A stretch of DNA of 64,000 bases from NCBI GenBank assembly GCA_965248055.1, contig CBDFIJ010000004.1, positions 1,728,001 through 1,792,000 on the forward strand. The letters are read 5' to 3'. This stretch comes from Candidatus Multivoradales bacterium (GTDB taxonomy: Bacteria > Acidobacteriota > Thermoanaerobaculia > Multivoradales > JAHEKO01). The notes beneath the pieces were generated by a model that did no database searches, was not told where the DNA came from, and worked only from the letters and a program-made list of their open reading frames with translations. Positions 40,460-51,218 of this stretch are shown here, piece after piece (the stretch's first letter is position 1; each line of letters starts with the position of its first letter). The translations under genes were made by a program, and so were the position numbers.

Positions 40460-41518
40460 GTGGCCTATCTATCGATACAAAACGTATCCAAGCACTTCGA
40501 CCAACCGGTCTTGCAAGATGTTTCTCTGGAGATCGAAAAAGGGGAAGTCGTTGCTCTCTTAGGACCCAGCGGCAGCGGTAAGACCACGTTATTGAGAATT
40601 GTCGCTGGCTTTGAGACCCCGGACCAGGGCTCGATCATCGTCGATAACCAGGACATCACCGCCCAGACTCCAGCCAGTCGTCGCTGTGGCATGGTGTTTC
40701 AGCACTACGCGCTGTTCCCGCATCTAAGCGTCGGCGAGAACGTCGCTTTTGGTTTGGCCGGCAGATCCCGCTCAGAAGTCGACACCCGGGTCGAAGAGAT
40801 GCTTCAGGTGGTCGGACTGGATGGCCTTGCGGCGCGTGGGGTCGACCAGATCTCGGGAGGTCAACAGCAGAGAGTGGCGCTAGCTCGTGCCTTGGCGCCC
40901 TCGCCGCGAGTGCTACTACTGGATGAGCCGCTCTCCAACTTGGACCCTGAGCTGCGCGAACGAACCCGTAGACAACTGCGCGAGATCGTACGCGCCACCG
41001 GAATCACCACCCTGATCGTGACCCACGAACAGGAGGAGGCATTCCATATTGCCGATCGCACAGCGGTGCTCGGCACCGGTCGATTGCGGCAGATCGGTCG
41101 CGCCGAAGAGCTTTACTACCAGCCTGCTGACCGCTTTGTCGCCCGATTCGTTGGCCGTGGATCGGAAGTGCCTGCTACGCCGGACAAAAACTCACCGAGT
41201 GGTTGGGCTCTGGGCTGGCAGCCATCGGTGATGCCGACCACGGTGCGCATCCTCGATGCACAGACACCAAACCGAGCCTGGATTCGACCTGAGTCTTTGG
41301 CGATAGGTCCGATAGGCGCAAAGGGCTGGGGAGGCATGGTGGTTGAGATCCGTTGGCACCCCAGGTCTACGGTAGTCACCGTCGAGTTGAGCACGGGCGC
41401 TGAAATAGAAGCGGCCGCTGAATCTCGCTTGGCCGAAAGCTTGTCGCTGGGCGACAAAGTCAGCGTCAATTGGCGGGCACAAGGCCCCGAGGCGCTGCTG
41501 TTCGAGGTCGATTCTTGA
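40460..41518 (+). CDS. ABC transporter ATP-binding protein (FbpC/PotA-like)
   Basis: Walker A GPSGSGKT, signature ISGGQQQRVALARAL, Walker B LLLDEP; C-terminal TOBE-like region. Confidence 0.95.
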   Translation: MAYLSIQNVSKHFDQPVLQDVSLEIEKGEVVALLGPSGSGKTTLLRIVAGFETPDQGSIIVDNQDITAQTPASRRCGMVFQHYALFPHLSVGENVAFGLAGRSRSEVDTRVEEMLQVVGLDGLAARGVDQISGGQQQRVALARALAPSPRVLLLDEPLSNLDPELRERTRRQLREIVRATGITTLIVTHEQEEAFHIADRTAVLGTGRLRQIGRAEELYYQPADRFVARFVGRGSEVPATPDKNSPSGWALGWQPSVMPTTVRILDAQTPNRAWIRPESLAIGPIGAKGWGGMVVEIRWHPRSTVVTVELSTGAEIEAAAESRLAESLSLGDKVSVNWRAQGPEALLFEVDS

Positions 41519-43188
41519 TCGCACCCCTGCGTCGTGTCCCATGGCCAGGGCTGTTGTTGGCCGGATTCCTGTTGTGGCTGGTCGGTTATCCAATCCTGGT
41601 CACGCTAGGAGAGGCGCTCGGTTGGGGTGGCGGTAGTTCGGGAAGGTTTAGCGAATTCCTGCATCGACCCGACGAGCGTTTGGCGCTTTGGCGAAGTCTT
41701 TGGATTGCTGGAGCCAGCGTCGGGCTGTCAGCGGTGGTTGGTATCCCGTTGGCATTTCTCTTCACCCGGGCGTCCTTTCCCGGACGCACCTGGTTGGCGG
41801 GATTGGTGCCTTTGCCGATCGCTCTGCCTCCACTGGTGGGCACGGTGGCGCTGTACTTCTTGTGCGGAGAGAGCGGAATCGTCGCCAACTGGATTCGATC
41901 CCTAGCGGGAATGACCCACGCACCATGGACATTTGAGGGCCCGAGGGCCATTTTGTTGGTCCATACGTATTCCATGTTCGTGTACTTCTATCTCTTTGTC
42001 CGCTCAGCGTTGTTGGGCATGGATCCGTCTCAAGAAGAAGCCGCTGCAAGCCTAGGCGCCGGTCGGGTGCGGACTTGGCTGCGGGTGGTGTTGCCACAAC
42101 TGGCGGCTCCGATCGGGGCCGCAGCCTTGTTGACCTTTATGACTTCCCTGGCGTCCTTTTCCGCCCCCTACCTTTTTGGCGGCACCTTTCGCGTCATGAC
42201 CACACAGATCGTCACCTCGAAGCTCAACGGGGATCTGCAGATGGCACAGGTGGAAACCGCAGTCTTGGCGATGCTGGCGCTGGCTGGCTTGATTTTGTCG
42301 TTGCGGTGGACCGCGCGATCGGTGTCCTCGGGGCACGGCGTAGCCCCTCGACGGGTGAGGACTTCCAGCGGATGGAAACGTTGGGGGTTGGCATTCGTAG
42401 GTTGGGGAGTGACTTTGCTGCTGCTTACCCCTCACTTGACCCTGTTGCGCATCGCCCTATCCGGCAATGGCCCTTCGTTGCAGCCCGGTTGGTCGCTGCA
42501 GAACCTGGTTCGCTTGGCCAGCGGTGGCGAGATCTTGCGACCGATGAGCAACTCGCTGTGGATGGCAACGGTGGCGACGATCTTCGCAGTGTTGATTGGG
42601 TTCACTACCGCACGGGTCGCCCTCGCACACAACCAGAAACGCCCACACCAATCGACGATCTTGGGCAAGGCTCTGGAGTTTCTAATTTCGGTACCTTGGG
42701 CAATCCCCGGCACGGTGCTGGCCCTGGCGTTGATTACCACTTTCAGCGTCGATCGGCCGTTGGCAGGGCGAGCGGTGTTGGTGGGAACCGCCGTAATTCT
42801 GCCTTTGGCCTACCTGCTGCGCGGGCTACCTTTGGTTGGGCAAGCGGTCTTCGCCGGCCTCAAGCAGATGGACCCAGCACTTGAAGAAGCGGCAGCGAGT
42901 CTCGGTGCTGGTCGCTTTCGGCGTCTATGGGCGGTGGTGGTGCCGATCGTTCGCCCCTCTCTGTTGGCCGGTGCAGCGTTGGCTTTCTTAACTGCGCTGG
43001 GAGATTTCGTCACTTCGATCGTGCTCTACACCTATTCCACCCGTCCCACTGCGGTCGAGATCTGGTCAGCGTTGCGCACCAAAGATGTCGGCTTGGCAGC
43101 TGCTTACGGTGTCGTGCTGATGGTCATCTCGATAGTAGTCTTCATGTTCTGGGGACGTGAGCGGCACAGCGTTCGGGAGACCGCCTGA
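41515..43188 (+). CDS. ABC transporter permease (FbpB-like, fused double domain)
   Basis: Two EAA motifs (DPSQEEAAASLGA; DPALEEAAASLGA). TTG start at 41515 overlaps the ATPase stop. Confidence 0.93.
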   Translation: MIAPLRRVPWPGLLLAGFLLWLVGYPILVTLGEALGWGGGSSGRFSEFLHRPDERLALWRSLWIAGASVGLSAVVGIPLAFLFTRASFPGRTWLAGLVPLPIALPPLVGTVALYFLCGESGIVANWIRSLAGMTHAPWTFEGPRAILLVHTYSMFVYFYLFVRSALLGMDPSQEEAAASLGAGRVRTWLRVVLPQLAAPIGAAALLTFMTSLASFSAPYLFGGTFRVMTTQIVTSKLNGDLQMAQVETAVLAMLALAGLILSLRWTARSVSSGHGVAPRRVRTSSGWKRWGLAFVGWGVTLLLLTPHLTLLRIALSGNGPSLQPGWSLQNLVRLASGGEILRPMSNSLWMATVATIFAVLIGFTTARVALAHNQKRPHQSTILGKALEFLISVPWAIPGTVLALALITTFSVDRPLAGRAVLVGTAVILPLAYLLRGLPLVGQAVFAGLKQMDPALEEAAASLGAGRFRRLWAVVVPIVRPSLLAGAALAFLTALGDFVTSIVLYTYSTRPTAVEIWSALRTKDVGLAAAYGVVLMVISIVVFMFWGRERHSVRETA

Positions 43189-44390
43189 TGACGCGCGCCG
43201 AACGCCGCAGCCTAGCGGCGCTGATGCCGATCAGCTTTGTCGACATGATCGGATTCTCGATGTTGCTGCCGTTGATCCCGTTCTATGCCGAAGAATTCGG
43301 CGCTAGCTATTGGTTGATCGGTGTCTTGGTCGCCACCTACGCCTTGGCTGAACTCCTCACTGCTCCGTTCTGGGGTCGGGCCTCCGATCGCTTGGGGCGA
43401 CGAAGACTCATCTTGATCGGAATTTCGGTCTCGGCCGCATCCTACGTGCTGTTCGGTTTGGCCAGCTCGGTGGTGGTGTTGTTTGTTTCGCGATTTGTTC
43501 AAGGAGTCGGGGGAGGAAAGGTCTCAGCGGTTCAAGCTTATGTCGCCGATTCGGTGCGCCCCGAGGTGCGAGCCCAAGCACTCGGCTGGCACACTGCTGC
43601 CACCAGCGCGGGAGTGATCATCGGTCCGGCTGTGGGGTCGTGGATGGCGAGTTACGATCGCTCGGCACCGGGCTTATTTGCAGCCGCACTGTGTCTAACG
43701 AATCTGTGGGCAGCCTGGAAGTGGCTACCGGAATCCAAACAAACGCGGTCGTCCAAGAAAAATGCGGTCTTGCCAGCCTGTATGCGGGTGCTGACTCATC
43801 CTCTGCACCCAGTGTGTACTCCGATCATCGTCTACGCGCTCGGGATGATGGCATTCATGGCCATGAACACCATGTTCGCTCTCTACTTGGGGCAACGGTT
43901 CGGAGTCACCAAAATCACCATTTGGCCCTTCTACACCTACGTAGCCTCGATCACCATGCTCTGCCGGCTGTTCGTTATCGGGCCGATCGTTCGACGCTTT
44001 GGTGAAATTCGCACCCTTCGGCTCGGAGCGGGGTTCTTGGCCCTCGGGTACCTGTTGATTCCATTATCTTTTGACGTTTGGTCTTTTGCTCTTGCCATCT
44101 TGTGGATCCCCGTCGGCACCGCTCTGTTGTTTCCCACCACCACCGCCTTGGTCAGTCGGCGGGTTGAGGAGCATGAGTTGGGAGCTACTCTGGGGGTGCA
44201 GCAAGCCTATGGCGGGGTCGCACGCTTGATTGGCCCGCTATGGTCTGGCCTGGCCTTTCAACAGCTTGGTGTGGATGCCCCGATGTGGATCGCCGGCGCG
44301 GTCATGTTGGTTGCTTTCGCTGTCTCTTTCACCATTCACCGGGGCGAGGGTCAGAACTCGATCCTCAACCCGATCCCTACCAGTAATTGA
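43188..44390 (+). CDS. MFS transporter (TetA/DHA1-like)
   Basis: Motif A GRASDRLGRR; FVDMIGFSMLLPLIPFY; 12 TM helices. Confidence 0.93.
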   Translation: MTRAERRSLAALMPISFVDMIGFSMLLPLIPFYAEEFGASYWLIGVLVATYALAELLTAPFWGRASDRLGRRRLILIGISVSAASYVLFGLASSVVVLFVSRFVQGVGGGKVSAVQAYVADSVRPEVRAQALGWHTAATSAGVIIGPAVGSWMASYDRSAPGLFAAALCLTNLWAAWKWLPESKQTRSSKKNAVLPACMRVLTHPLHPVCTPIIVYALGMMAFMAMNTMFALYLGQRFGVTKITIWPFYTYVASITMLCRLFVIGPIVRRFGEIRTLRLGAGFLALGYLLIPLSFDVWSFALAILWIPVGTALLFPTTTALVSRRVEEHELGATLGVQQAYGGVARLIGPLWSGLAFQQLGVDAPMWIAGAVMLVAFAVSFTIHRGEGQNSILNPIPTSN

Positions 44391-44467
44391 TCTAACACTG
44401 CGATTTTGCCTCTCCAGAAGAGGTTTGCCTTGTGCTATATAAGTATTTATATATAATAACTGACACT

Positions 44468-45040
44468 ATGGCGCTCGAACACATCCTGCTCGGCCTACTC
44501 CGCCAGCCTGCCAGTGGCTATGATCTGAAGAAAACCTTCGACGGCAGCGTTCGCCACTTCTGGCCAGCGAACCTGAGCCAGATCTACCCAACCTTGAAAC
44601 GCCTTGAGGCCGAGGGGTTGCTAACCAGCCGCATGGGGCCCTCAGAACGAGGCCCACAACGCAAGATCTACGCACTAACTCCGTCTGGACGAGAAAGGCT
44701 GCATCAGTGGCTGCTGTCCGGGCCGGAGGTGGGTACCGAAAGGTTTGGTTATCTAGCCCAGTTGTTCGTCATGGACGACCTCGCCGACGAGCAACAAACG
44801 CTCGACTTCATGCGGCAACTGCAACGCCACATGGTGCAGTGGTTACAGCACTTAGAGCAGCAAGAAAAAAAGGCTGGCGCCAAAGGAACCTGGCTCAATG
44901 CACCCAGCAAGTCGTTCCACCGATATGCCGGGCTGCGCATGGGAGTTCACTCTTTGCGCGCCAAGGTTGCGTGGTGCAACGAAACCGTCGACCGCCTAGA
45001 GCAACGCCTAGCTCTGATCGCCGAGGAGGCAACAAAATGA
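44468..45040 (+). CDS. PadR-family transcriptional regulator
   Basis: MALEHILLGLL...SGYDLKK...SQIYPTLKRLE...RKIYALTPSG. Confidence 0.93.
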   Translation: MALEHILLGLLRQPASGYDLKKTFDGSVRHFWPANLSQIYPTLKRLEAEGLLTSRMGPSERGPQRKIYALTPSGRERLHQWLLSGPEVGTERFGYLAQLFVMDDLADEQQTLDFMRQLQRHMVQWLQHLEQQEKKAGAKGTWLNAPSKSFHRYAGLRMGVHSLRAKVAWCNETVDRLEQRLALIAEEATK

Positions 45041-45789
45041 TGGATATCCTTCATACTGCAATTCGCTTCATCCATATCGGACTTGGATTCGTCGGGTTGG
45101 TGGTCTTCTGGTTTCCGGTGATCGCCAAAAAGGGCGGCAAGTTTCACGTGTCGGCTGGCAAAGTATTCGTGGTCTGCGCCTACGGAGTCACTGTTTCGGC
45201 GTTCTTTTCCAGCATCTACTACTTAGCCGATCTGATCTCTCACGGGGTCGCGGTCAGCGACGACCCCAACTACTCCTTTCTGGTCTTTCTCGCCTACTTG
45301 TCGATCGTCACCTTCACTTCGGTGCGCCACGGGGTTGTGGTCTCCCAGACCAAAAAAGACCGGAGTAAGGCAAATACCGTGTTTCACCGTACTCTTGCTT
45401 GGCTATCGTTTCTAGGGAGCGCCACCGTGATTCTGTTCGCCGTCGTTTTCTGGAACTCTTTGTCAATTATTCTTCTGGCTTTGAGCCCCATCGGGCTCGG
45501 CAATGGTCGGGGCATTTTGCGCTATCTCAGTACTCGCCCGATGATCAGGAGAGCTTGGTTCTATGAACACATGAGCGCGATGATCGGATCAGGGATCGCT
45601 TTCCACACGGCGTTTTTCGTCTTTGGTGGTCGTAATTTGTTCGGCGTCCACTCGACCGGAATTTGGGGCATGGTGCCCTGGGTGCTGCCGGCGGCAATCG
45701 GTATCCCAGCGTCCATCCTGTGGGACCGCTACTACCGCAAGGAGTTCGGCGATCCAAAGCGGTCGGATCAAGTCCCCGCTATTACTTGA
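45037..45789 (+). CDS. Membrane protein (DUF2306-like)
   Basis: ATGA overlap with padR; IHIGLG...KKGGKFHVSAGK, EHMSAMIGSGIAFHTAF. Confidence 0.75.
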   Translation: MMDILHTAIRFIHIGLGFVGLVVFWFPVIAKKGGKFHVSAGKVFVVCAYGVTVSAFFSSIYYLADLISHGVAVSDDPNYSFLVFLAYLSIVTFTSVRHGVVVSQTKKDRSKANTVFHRTLAWLSFLGSATVILFAVVFWNSLSIILLALSPIGLGNGRGILRYLSTRPMIRRAWFYEHMSAMIGSGIAFHTAFFVFGGRNLFGVHSTGIWGMVPWVLPAAIGIPASILWDRYYRKEFGDPKRSDQVPAIT

Positions 45790-45834
45790 GTAAGTAGCAG
45801 CTAGCAGGCGGTCAACTGATGGAGAGACAAGACG

Positions 45835-46671
45835 ATGAGAATTAGCAAGACCACAGCGGTCGTAACGGGAGCTTCTGCGGGGATTGGTCGTGCGGTGGCT
45901 CTTTGCCTCGCAAAGCGAGGGGCAAAGGTTGCACTTGTCGCTAGACGAGAGCCTGTCCTACAGGAACTTGTCGGGCAGATCGAGGAGCAAGGCGGCAAAG
46001 CCCTCGCTGTTGCGTGTGATGTTGCGGCTGCGGAGCAAGTCAAAGGCGCATACCAGGTAATTCGAGACACCTTTGGTCCACCGGACATCTTGGTCAATGC
46101 TGCGGGGGTTGGGATCTGGAAGCCGTTCGCAGACGTTTCCGAAGCCGAGCATCAGGAAATGATGGCCGTCAACTATTGGGGTACATTCCATTGGATACGC
46201 CAAGCCTTGCCGGATATGCGTTCCCAACAACGAGGGCGAATTGTGAATATCGCCGCTGGTTCAGGGCTCTTCGCATTGGCTGTCACCAGTGGCTACAGTG
46301 CCTCCAAGTTTGCTGTCGTCGGCTTGTCCCAGGCGCTCCACCGTGAGCTCATCGGCACCGGAGTCGGCGTCTCAGTGGTTTGCCCAGGATCGGTCAAAAC
46401 TCCATTCTGGAACGAGCGGGACACCCCAACGAAACTAATACCGCCCTTGGTCCGCTATTCGCCAAAATTGTCGCCTGCTTCTGTGGCTCGAACTGTTCTC
46501 GGATGCATTTGGCTTGGGTTTCCGGTCCGCACCGTGCCGATCTTCGTGAACCTTCTCGCCAAGCTCAACGGACTCTGGTTTCGTCTTGGTGATCTCTTCC
46601 TCTGGCGATGGTTCGTCCCTACTTTGTTAGCGCTGATCCTAATTCGGGTCCTCGCCGGATTGTGGAGTTAG
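45835..46671 (+). CDS. SDR-family NAD(P)-dependent oxidoreductase
   Basis: TGASAGIG, LVNAAG, YSASK. Confidence 0.93.
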   Translation: MRISKTTAVVTGASAGIGRAVALCLAKRGAKVALVARREPVLQELVGQIEEQGGKALAVACDVAAAEQVKGAYQVIRDTFGPPDILVNAAGVGIWKPFADVSEAEHQEMMAVNYWGTFHWIRQALPDMRSQQRGRIVNIAAGSGLFALAVTSGYSASKFAVVGLSQALHRELIGTGVGVSVVCPGSVKTPFWNERDTPTKLIPPLVRYSPKLSPASVARTVLGCIWLGFPVRTVPIFVNLLAKLNGLWFRLGDLFLWRWFVPTLLALILIRVLAGLWS

Positions 46672-46677
46672 ATAGCC

Positions 46678-47154
46678 GTGGCATACAAAATTTGGCTGTT
46701 CACCCATATCGTAGGAGTCATCGCCTTTCTGGGAACTTTCCTGTTGGCGTTTGTCGCCAAGGCGACGGCCGAGCGCTCAGGCCAACCTGTACTTATCGCC
46801 TTCGCCTTCAAGATGATGAACTGGAGCGACCGTAGAATCATGCCATGGACCGTTGTTCTTATTGTGACAAGCGGTGTGAAACTGGCAATGATGGCTGGGC
46901 TACCGATGCTACGAACCGGCTGGATATTCTGGGCGATTGTGGCGTTCAGTGCGTCTGGATTGCTGTTTCTTTTGGTAGCACCTCTCCAGAATCGAATCGA
47001 GCACCATGCCCAGTCGCATTCAGCTGAATCGTTTAATTGGAGCAGCTATTGGTCACAAGCTTACCGATGGAATCTGTGGGCTGCGCTCGCACTTTGTGCA
47101 ACTCTAGGGGCTCTTGCTTTGATGGTTTTCAAGCCAGCACTATCTAGCTTATAG
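46678..47154 (+). CDS. Membrane protein (DUF2269-like)
   Basis: WLFTHIVG N-terminus, 4 TM helices, C-terminal LMVFKP. Confidence 0.75.
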   Translation: MAYKIWLFTHIVGVIAFLGTFLLAFVAKATAERSGQPVLIAFAFKMMNWSDRRIMPWTVVLIVTSGVKLAMMAGLPMLRTGWIFWAIVAFSASGLLFLLVAPLQNRIEHHAQSHSAESFNWSSYWSQAYRWNLWAALALCATLGALALMVFKPALSSL

Positions 47155-47386
47155 TTGACAAATTCTCGTATTAATCTGACGGCAGATTAATAATTCCTCG
47201 AACCTGAGTTGTTGAAGCGCGTGGGATCGTCGAGAACACATCAACGCGACAAAATCCGATCTTGCCGAAAGGTCACCTCGCGGAGACCTAAAATATCTAC
47301 TCCCTCCGGTGCGATAGGCTCAGCCAGACGTGCCTAAGACTGGCAGCAATTATCGGTCGGGGCCGCTTTTCTGATCAGGGGGTTTC

Positions 47387-50086
47387 ATGGATTCGTTTGA
47401 TAGTCACAGCACACTCCAAGCCGGCGGACAGAGCGTCCGCATTGCCCGATTGTCCGCACTCGCCGCAGCCGGACATGACCTCGACCGACTGCCGTTCAGT
47501 CTGAAGATTCTGCTGGAAAATTTACTACGACGAGAAGACGGCAAGATCGTTCCCGCAGCCGATATCGAGGCTCTCTTGGCCTGGGATTCCAAGGCCGAAC
47601 CGGCCACCGAAATTGCTTTCATGCCAGCACGCGTGTTGCTGCAAGACTTTACCGGGGTTCCGGCAATCGTCGACCTCGCTGCGCTACGCGACGCGATGCA
47701 CGAACTGGGTGGTGACCCCAAAAAGATCAACCCTCTACAGCCGGCAGAGCTGGTGATCGACCACTCAGTACAGGTAGACGAGTACGGTTCTGACGCGGCC
47801 TTCCTGCTCAACGTCGAGCGGGAATTCCAACGCAATGGCGAGCGCTACGCGTTCTTACGTTGGGGGCAATCTTCGTTTGACAACTTCAGAGTGGTACCTC
47901 CCGGCACCGGGATTGTTCACCAGATCAATATTGAATACCTAGCGCGGGTGATCATGACCGGAGAGGGTGACACCCCGTGGGCCTATCCCGACACCCTAGT
48001 CGGCACTGACTCCCACACCACCATGGTCAATGGCTTGGGAGTGCTGGGTTGGGGAGTTGGTGGCATTGAGGCCGAAGCCGCAATGTTGGGCCAACCGGTG
48101 AGCATGCTAATTCCCCAAGTGGTCGGTTTTCGCTTGGTCGGGGAGCTGGCCGAAGGAGCCACCGCTACCGACCTAGTATTGACGGTTACCGAGATGCTGC
48201 GCGCCCACGGGGTGGTTGGCAAGTTCGTCGAGTATTTTGGGCCTGGCTTGGCCGGACTGCCACTTGCGGATCGGGCCACCATCGCCAACATGGCGCCCGA
48301 ATACGGCGCAACCTGCGGCATCTTCCCGATCGACAACGCGACCTTGGACTACCTCCGGCTTACCGGCCGCAGTCAATGCCAAATCGAGTTGGTCGAGGCC
48401 TACGCTCGGGAGCAGGGCATGTTTCACACTGCAGACACTCCCGAAGCGGAGTACTCCGACACTATGGAGCTGGATCTATCCACGGTACAACCCAGCTTGG
48501 CGGGGCCCAAACGGCCACAAGATCGGATCGCTCTGGGAGACGTCAAAGACTCGTTCCTGGCTGGCATCGACAAGCTAGTCCCTCCGGGTCGCGACGTTCA
48601 GGTGGACGACATCTCCGCCTCTCTCGATGGTCAGGATTTCTCTCTCAACGACGGCTCGTTGGTGATCGCAGCCATCACCAGTTGCACCAACACCTCCAAT
48701 CCTTCAGTGATGGTAGGCGCCGGCCTCTTGGCCAAGAACGCCGTCGCCCGCGGTTTGACCCGCAAACCCTGGGTCAAGACTTCCTTGGCACCAGGATCTA
48801 AGGTGGTGACTCGCTATCTGGAGCGCGCCGGGTTGATGGAGCCGCTGGAGGCTTTGGGCTTTCATCTGGTTGGCTACGGTTGCACCACTTGTATCGGCAA
48901 CAGCGGCCCGCTGCCCGAGCCGATTCGTGAAGCGATCCATCAAGGCGATTTGGTCACCGCCGCGATTCTCTCGGGCAATCGCAATTTCGAAGGCCGCATC
49001 AGCCCAGATATTCGCGCCAACTATCTGGCTTCGCCGCCTCTTGTGGTGGCGTTCGCTCTTGCTGGCCGTATCGATGTCGACGTTTACAACGAACCCTTGG
49101 AAGTCGGCTCCGATGGTCAAGATGTCTACCTGCGAGACATTTGGCCCAGCCAATCCGAGATCGCCGCCACCGTCGCCGACGCAGTCCGCGGCGAAATGTT
49201 CAGCGAAGAGTACGCCGGAGTGTTCGACGGTGACGAGCAGTGGAACTCGCTGGAGATTCCTTCCGGGGACACCTATTCCTGGGCGCCAGACTCCACTTAC
49301 ATCAAACTGCCACCGTTCTTTCAAGGTATCGGCTTGGACCTGGAACCAACAGTCGATATCGAGGGCGCACGGTGCTTAGCGTTGCTCGGCAACTCGGTAA
49401 CCACCGATCACATTTCCCCGGCGGGGGCGATCAAGGTGGACAGCCCAGCGGGGCACTACCTGACCGAGCATGGTGTGAGTCCTCGCGACTTCAACTCCTA
49501 CGGCTCGCGGCGAGGTAACCATGAGGTGATGATGCGCGGCACCTTTGGCAATGTCCGACTGCGCAACCTACTAGTGCCTGGAGTTGAGGGCGGCTTCACT
49601 CGTTATCTGCCAACCAACGAATCGACCTCGATCTATGACGCAGCCATGCGCTATCAAGAAGATGGCACTCCGCTGGTGGTAATCGCTGGGACCGAATACG
49701 GCACCGGGTCGTCGCGCGATTGGGCAGCCAAAGGATCGGCATTGCTTGGCATCAAGGCGGTAATCACCGCGAGTTACGAACGCATCCATCGCTCCAACCT
49801 CATCGGCATGGGGGTCTTACCCCTCGAGTTCTTGGCCGGAGAGTCTGCGACCACCCACGGACTCACCGGAGAAGAGACGTTTGCCATTCAAGGTTTGGCG
49901 GCGATGATGAATCAAGAGTTTAAGAAAGGCACGCAGGTAACGGTCAGCGCCACCAACGCCGACGGTGAGACCAAAAGCTTTCCGGTCCAGGTTCGACTCG
50001 ACACCCCTCAGGAGGCCGAGTACTACCGCCACGGAGGCATCCTGACCTATGTGTTGCGCCATCTGGCTGCGGGTGAGCGGAGCTAA
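47387..50086 (+). CDS. acnA: Aconitate hydratase A
   Basis: [65 protein letters not shown]. Confidence 0.98.
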   Translation: MDSFDSHSTLQAGGQSVRIARLSALAAAGHDLDRLPFSLKILLENLLRREDGKIVPAADIEALLAWDSKAEPATEIAFMPARVLLQDFTGVPAIVDLAALRDAMHELGGDPKKINPLQPAELVIDHSVQVDEYGSDAAFLLNVEREFQRNGERYAFLRWGQSSFDNFRVVPPGTGIVHQINIEYLARVIMTGEGDTPWAYPDTLVGTDSHTTMVNGLGVLGWGVGGIEAEAAMLGQPVSMLIPQVVGFRLVGELAEGATATDLVLTVTEMLRAHGVVGKFVEYFGPGLAGLPLADRATIANMAPEYGATCGIFPIDNATLDYLRLTGRSQCQIELVEAYAREQGMFHTADTPEAEYSDTMELDLSTVQPSLAGPKRPQDRIALGDVKDSFLAGIDKLVPPGRDVQVDDISASLDGQDFSLNDGSLVIAAITSCTNTSNPSVMVGAGLLAKNAVARGLTRKPWVKTSLAPGSKVVTRYLERAGLMEPLEALGFHLVGYGCTTCIGNSGPLPEPIREAIHQGDLVTAAILSGNRNFEGRISPDIRANYLASPPLVVAFALAGRIDVDVYNEPLEVGSDGQDVYLRDIWPSQSEIAATVADAVRGEMFSEEYAGVFDGDEQWNSLEIPSGDTYSWAPDSTYIKLPPFFQGIGLDLEPTVDIEGARCLALLGNSVTTDHISPAGAIKVDSPAGHYLTEHGVSPRDFNSYGSRRGNHEVMMRGTFGNVRLRNLLVPGVEGGFTRYLPTNESTSIYDAAMRYQEDGTPLVVIAGTEYGTGSSRDWAAKGSALLGIKAVITASYERIHRSNLIGMGVLPLEFLAGESATTHGLTGEETFAIQGLAAMMNQEFKKGTQVTVSATNADGETKSFPVQVRLDTPQEAEYYRHGGILTYVLRHLAAGERS

Positions 50087-50106
50087 GACAAGCTGTGAGC
50101 AGGTCA

Positions 50107-50224
50107 GGCGCCAAGCGTGGGGCAGATTCGGCCCAGCCGCAAGCCGCGACCGAACTAGGCGTACTGGTTTGTACGTCGCAGGTCGGGAGCGGTGAGGACA
50201 GGCCGAGATTGCGTGCGATCGGCG
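50107..50224. repeat. Palindromic intergenic element related to the one between nqrD and nqrE
   Basis: GCAAGCCG...AGGCGTA-CTGGTTTG-TACGTCG core, flanked by imperfect arms TCGGCC...GGCCGA. Confidence 0.45.
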
Positions 50225-50225
50225 T

Positions 50226-51218
50226 ATGAAGATCTTTCTCACCGGTGGTACCGGCTACATCGGCGGCTTGCTCGCCAAGCGGCTCCACGCGGACCAACAC
50301 CAGCTCTCATGTCTGGTGCGCGCCACCAGTCGACCCGAGACAGTCGCCGCACTTCGCGATCTAGGAGCTGAGATCCATATCGGAGACCTGGATGACCGCG
50401 AGTCGTTGCGGCCCGGCATGCGAGAGGCTGATTGGGTGGTTCACGCTGGAGCAGAGCTCAACCGCGACGGAGATATGGACCGAGCCAACGTCAACGGCTC
50501 CACTCATATCGCTTCACTGGCCGTCGAACTGGCAATCCCCCGCTTTTTCTCGGTCTCGTCGATAGCCTTTTGGGGTGGAAGCCCAGCGGATGGATCCCCA
50601 GGAAATGAAGACTCACCGGTTCAAGACTTTCCCACCGCCTATAGCGCGACCAAGAATGCCGGAGAGCTAGCGATTCGCGCCCACCAAGAGCGAGGACTCA
50701 ACGTGGTCAGCGTGCACCCAAGTCTGGTTTACGGGCCCCCGGGCAAGAAAAACGGCGCCAACTTTTTTCTCTACCAAATCGTCCACCAGAAACTCCCGGC
50801 GCTGATGGCCGCAGATCGCATCGTCAGTTGGATCTATATCGATGATGTGGTCGAAGCCATAGTGCGCATCATCGACCTAGACCTCACCGAGGGTCGCTAC
50901 CTACTCGCCGGCGAAGGCATCACACTCGCCGACACGGCAGCAAAACTCGGAGAGTTGGCCGGATCTAAAGTCCCCAAGGTTCATCTTTCGGTACCTACCG
51001 CAAAAGCCCTACTCCACATTGCCTCGCCCTTTTTTCGCCTAGCCGGCAAACGACTCCCTGTCGAACCCGTGCGACTCGACTACCTAGCCAAGCATTGGCA
51101 CTTCTCCGACGCCAAAGCTCAGCGAGACCTCAGCTGGTATCCCCGGGGGTTGGATCAAGGACTGCCGCCGACGGTGGAAATGTTGATGGCAAACGATCCC
51201 CGATTCGAGACTGTCTAG
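50226..51218 (+). CDS. NAD-dependent epimerase/dehydratase (extended SDR)
   Basis: IFLTGGTGYIG, YSATK, PSLVYGP, WIYIDDV. Confidence 0.9.
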   Translation: MKIFLTGGTGYIGGLLAKRLHADQHQLSCLVRATSRPETVAALRDLGAEIHIGDLDDRESLRPGMREADWVVHAGAELNRDGDMDRANVNGSTHIASLAVELAIPRFFSVSSIAFWGGSPADGSPGNEDSPVQDFPTAYSATKNAGELAIRAHQERGLNVVSVHPSLVYGPPGKKNGANFFLYQIVHQKLPALMAADRIVSWIYIDDVVEAIVRIIDLDLTEGRYLLAGEGITLADTAAKLGELAGSKVPKVHLSVPTAKALLHIASPFFRLAGKRLPVEPVRLDYLAKHWHFSDAKAQRDLSWYPRGLDQGLPPTVEMLMANDPRFETV

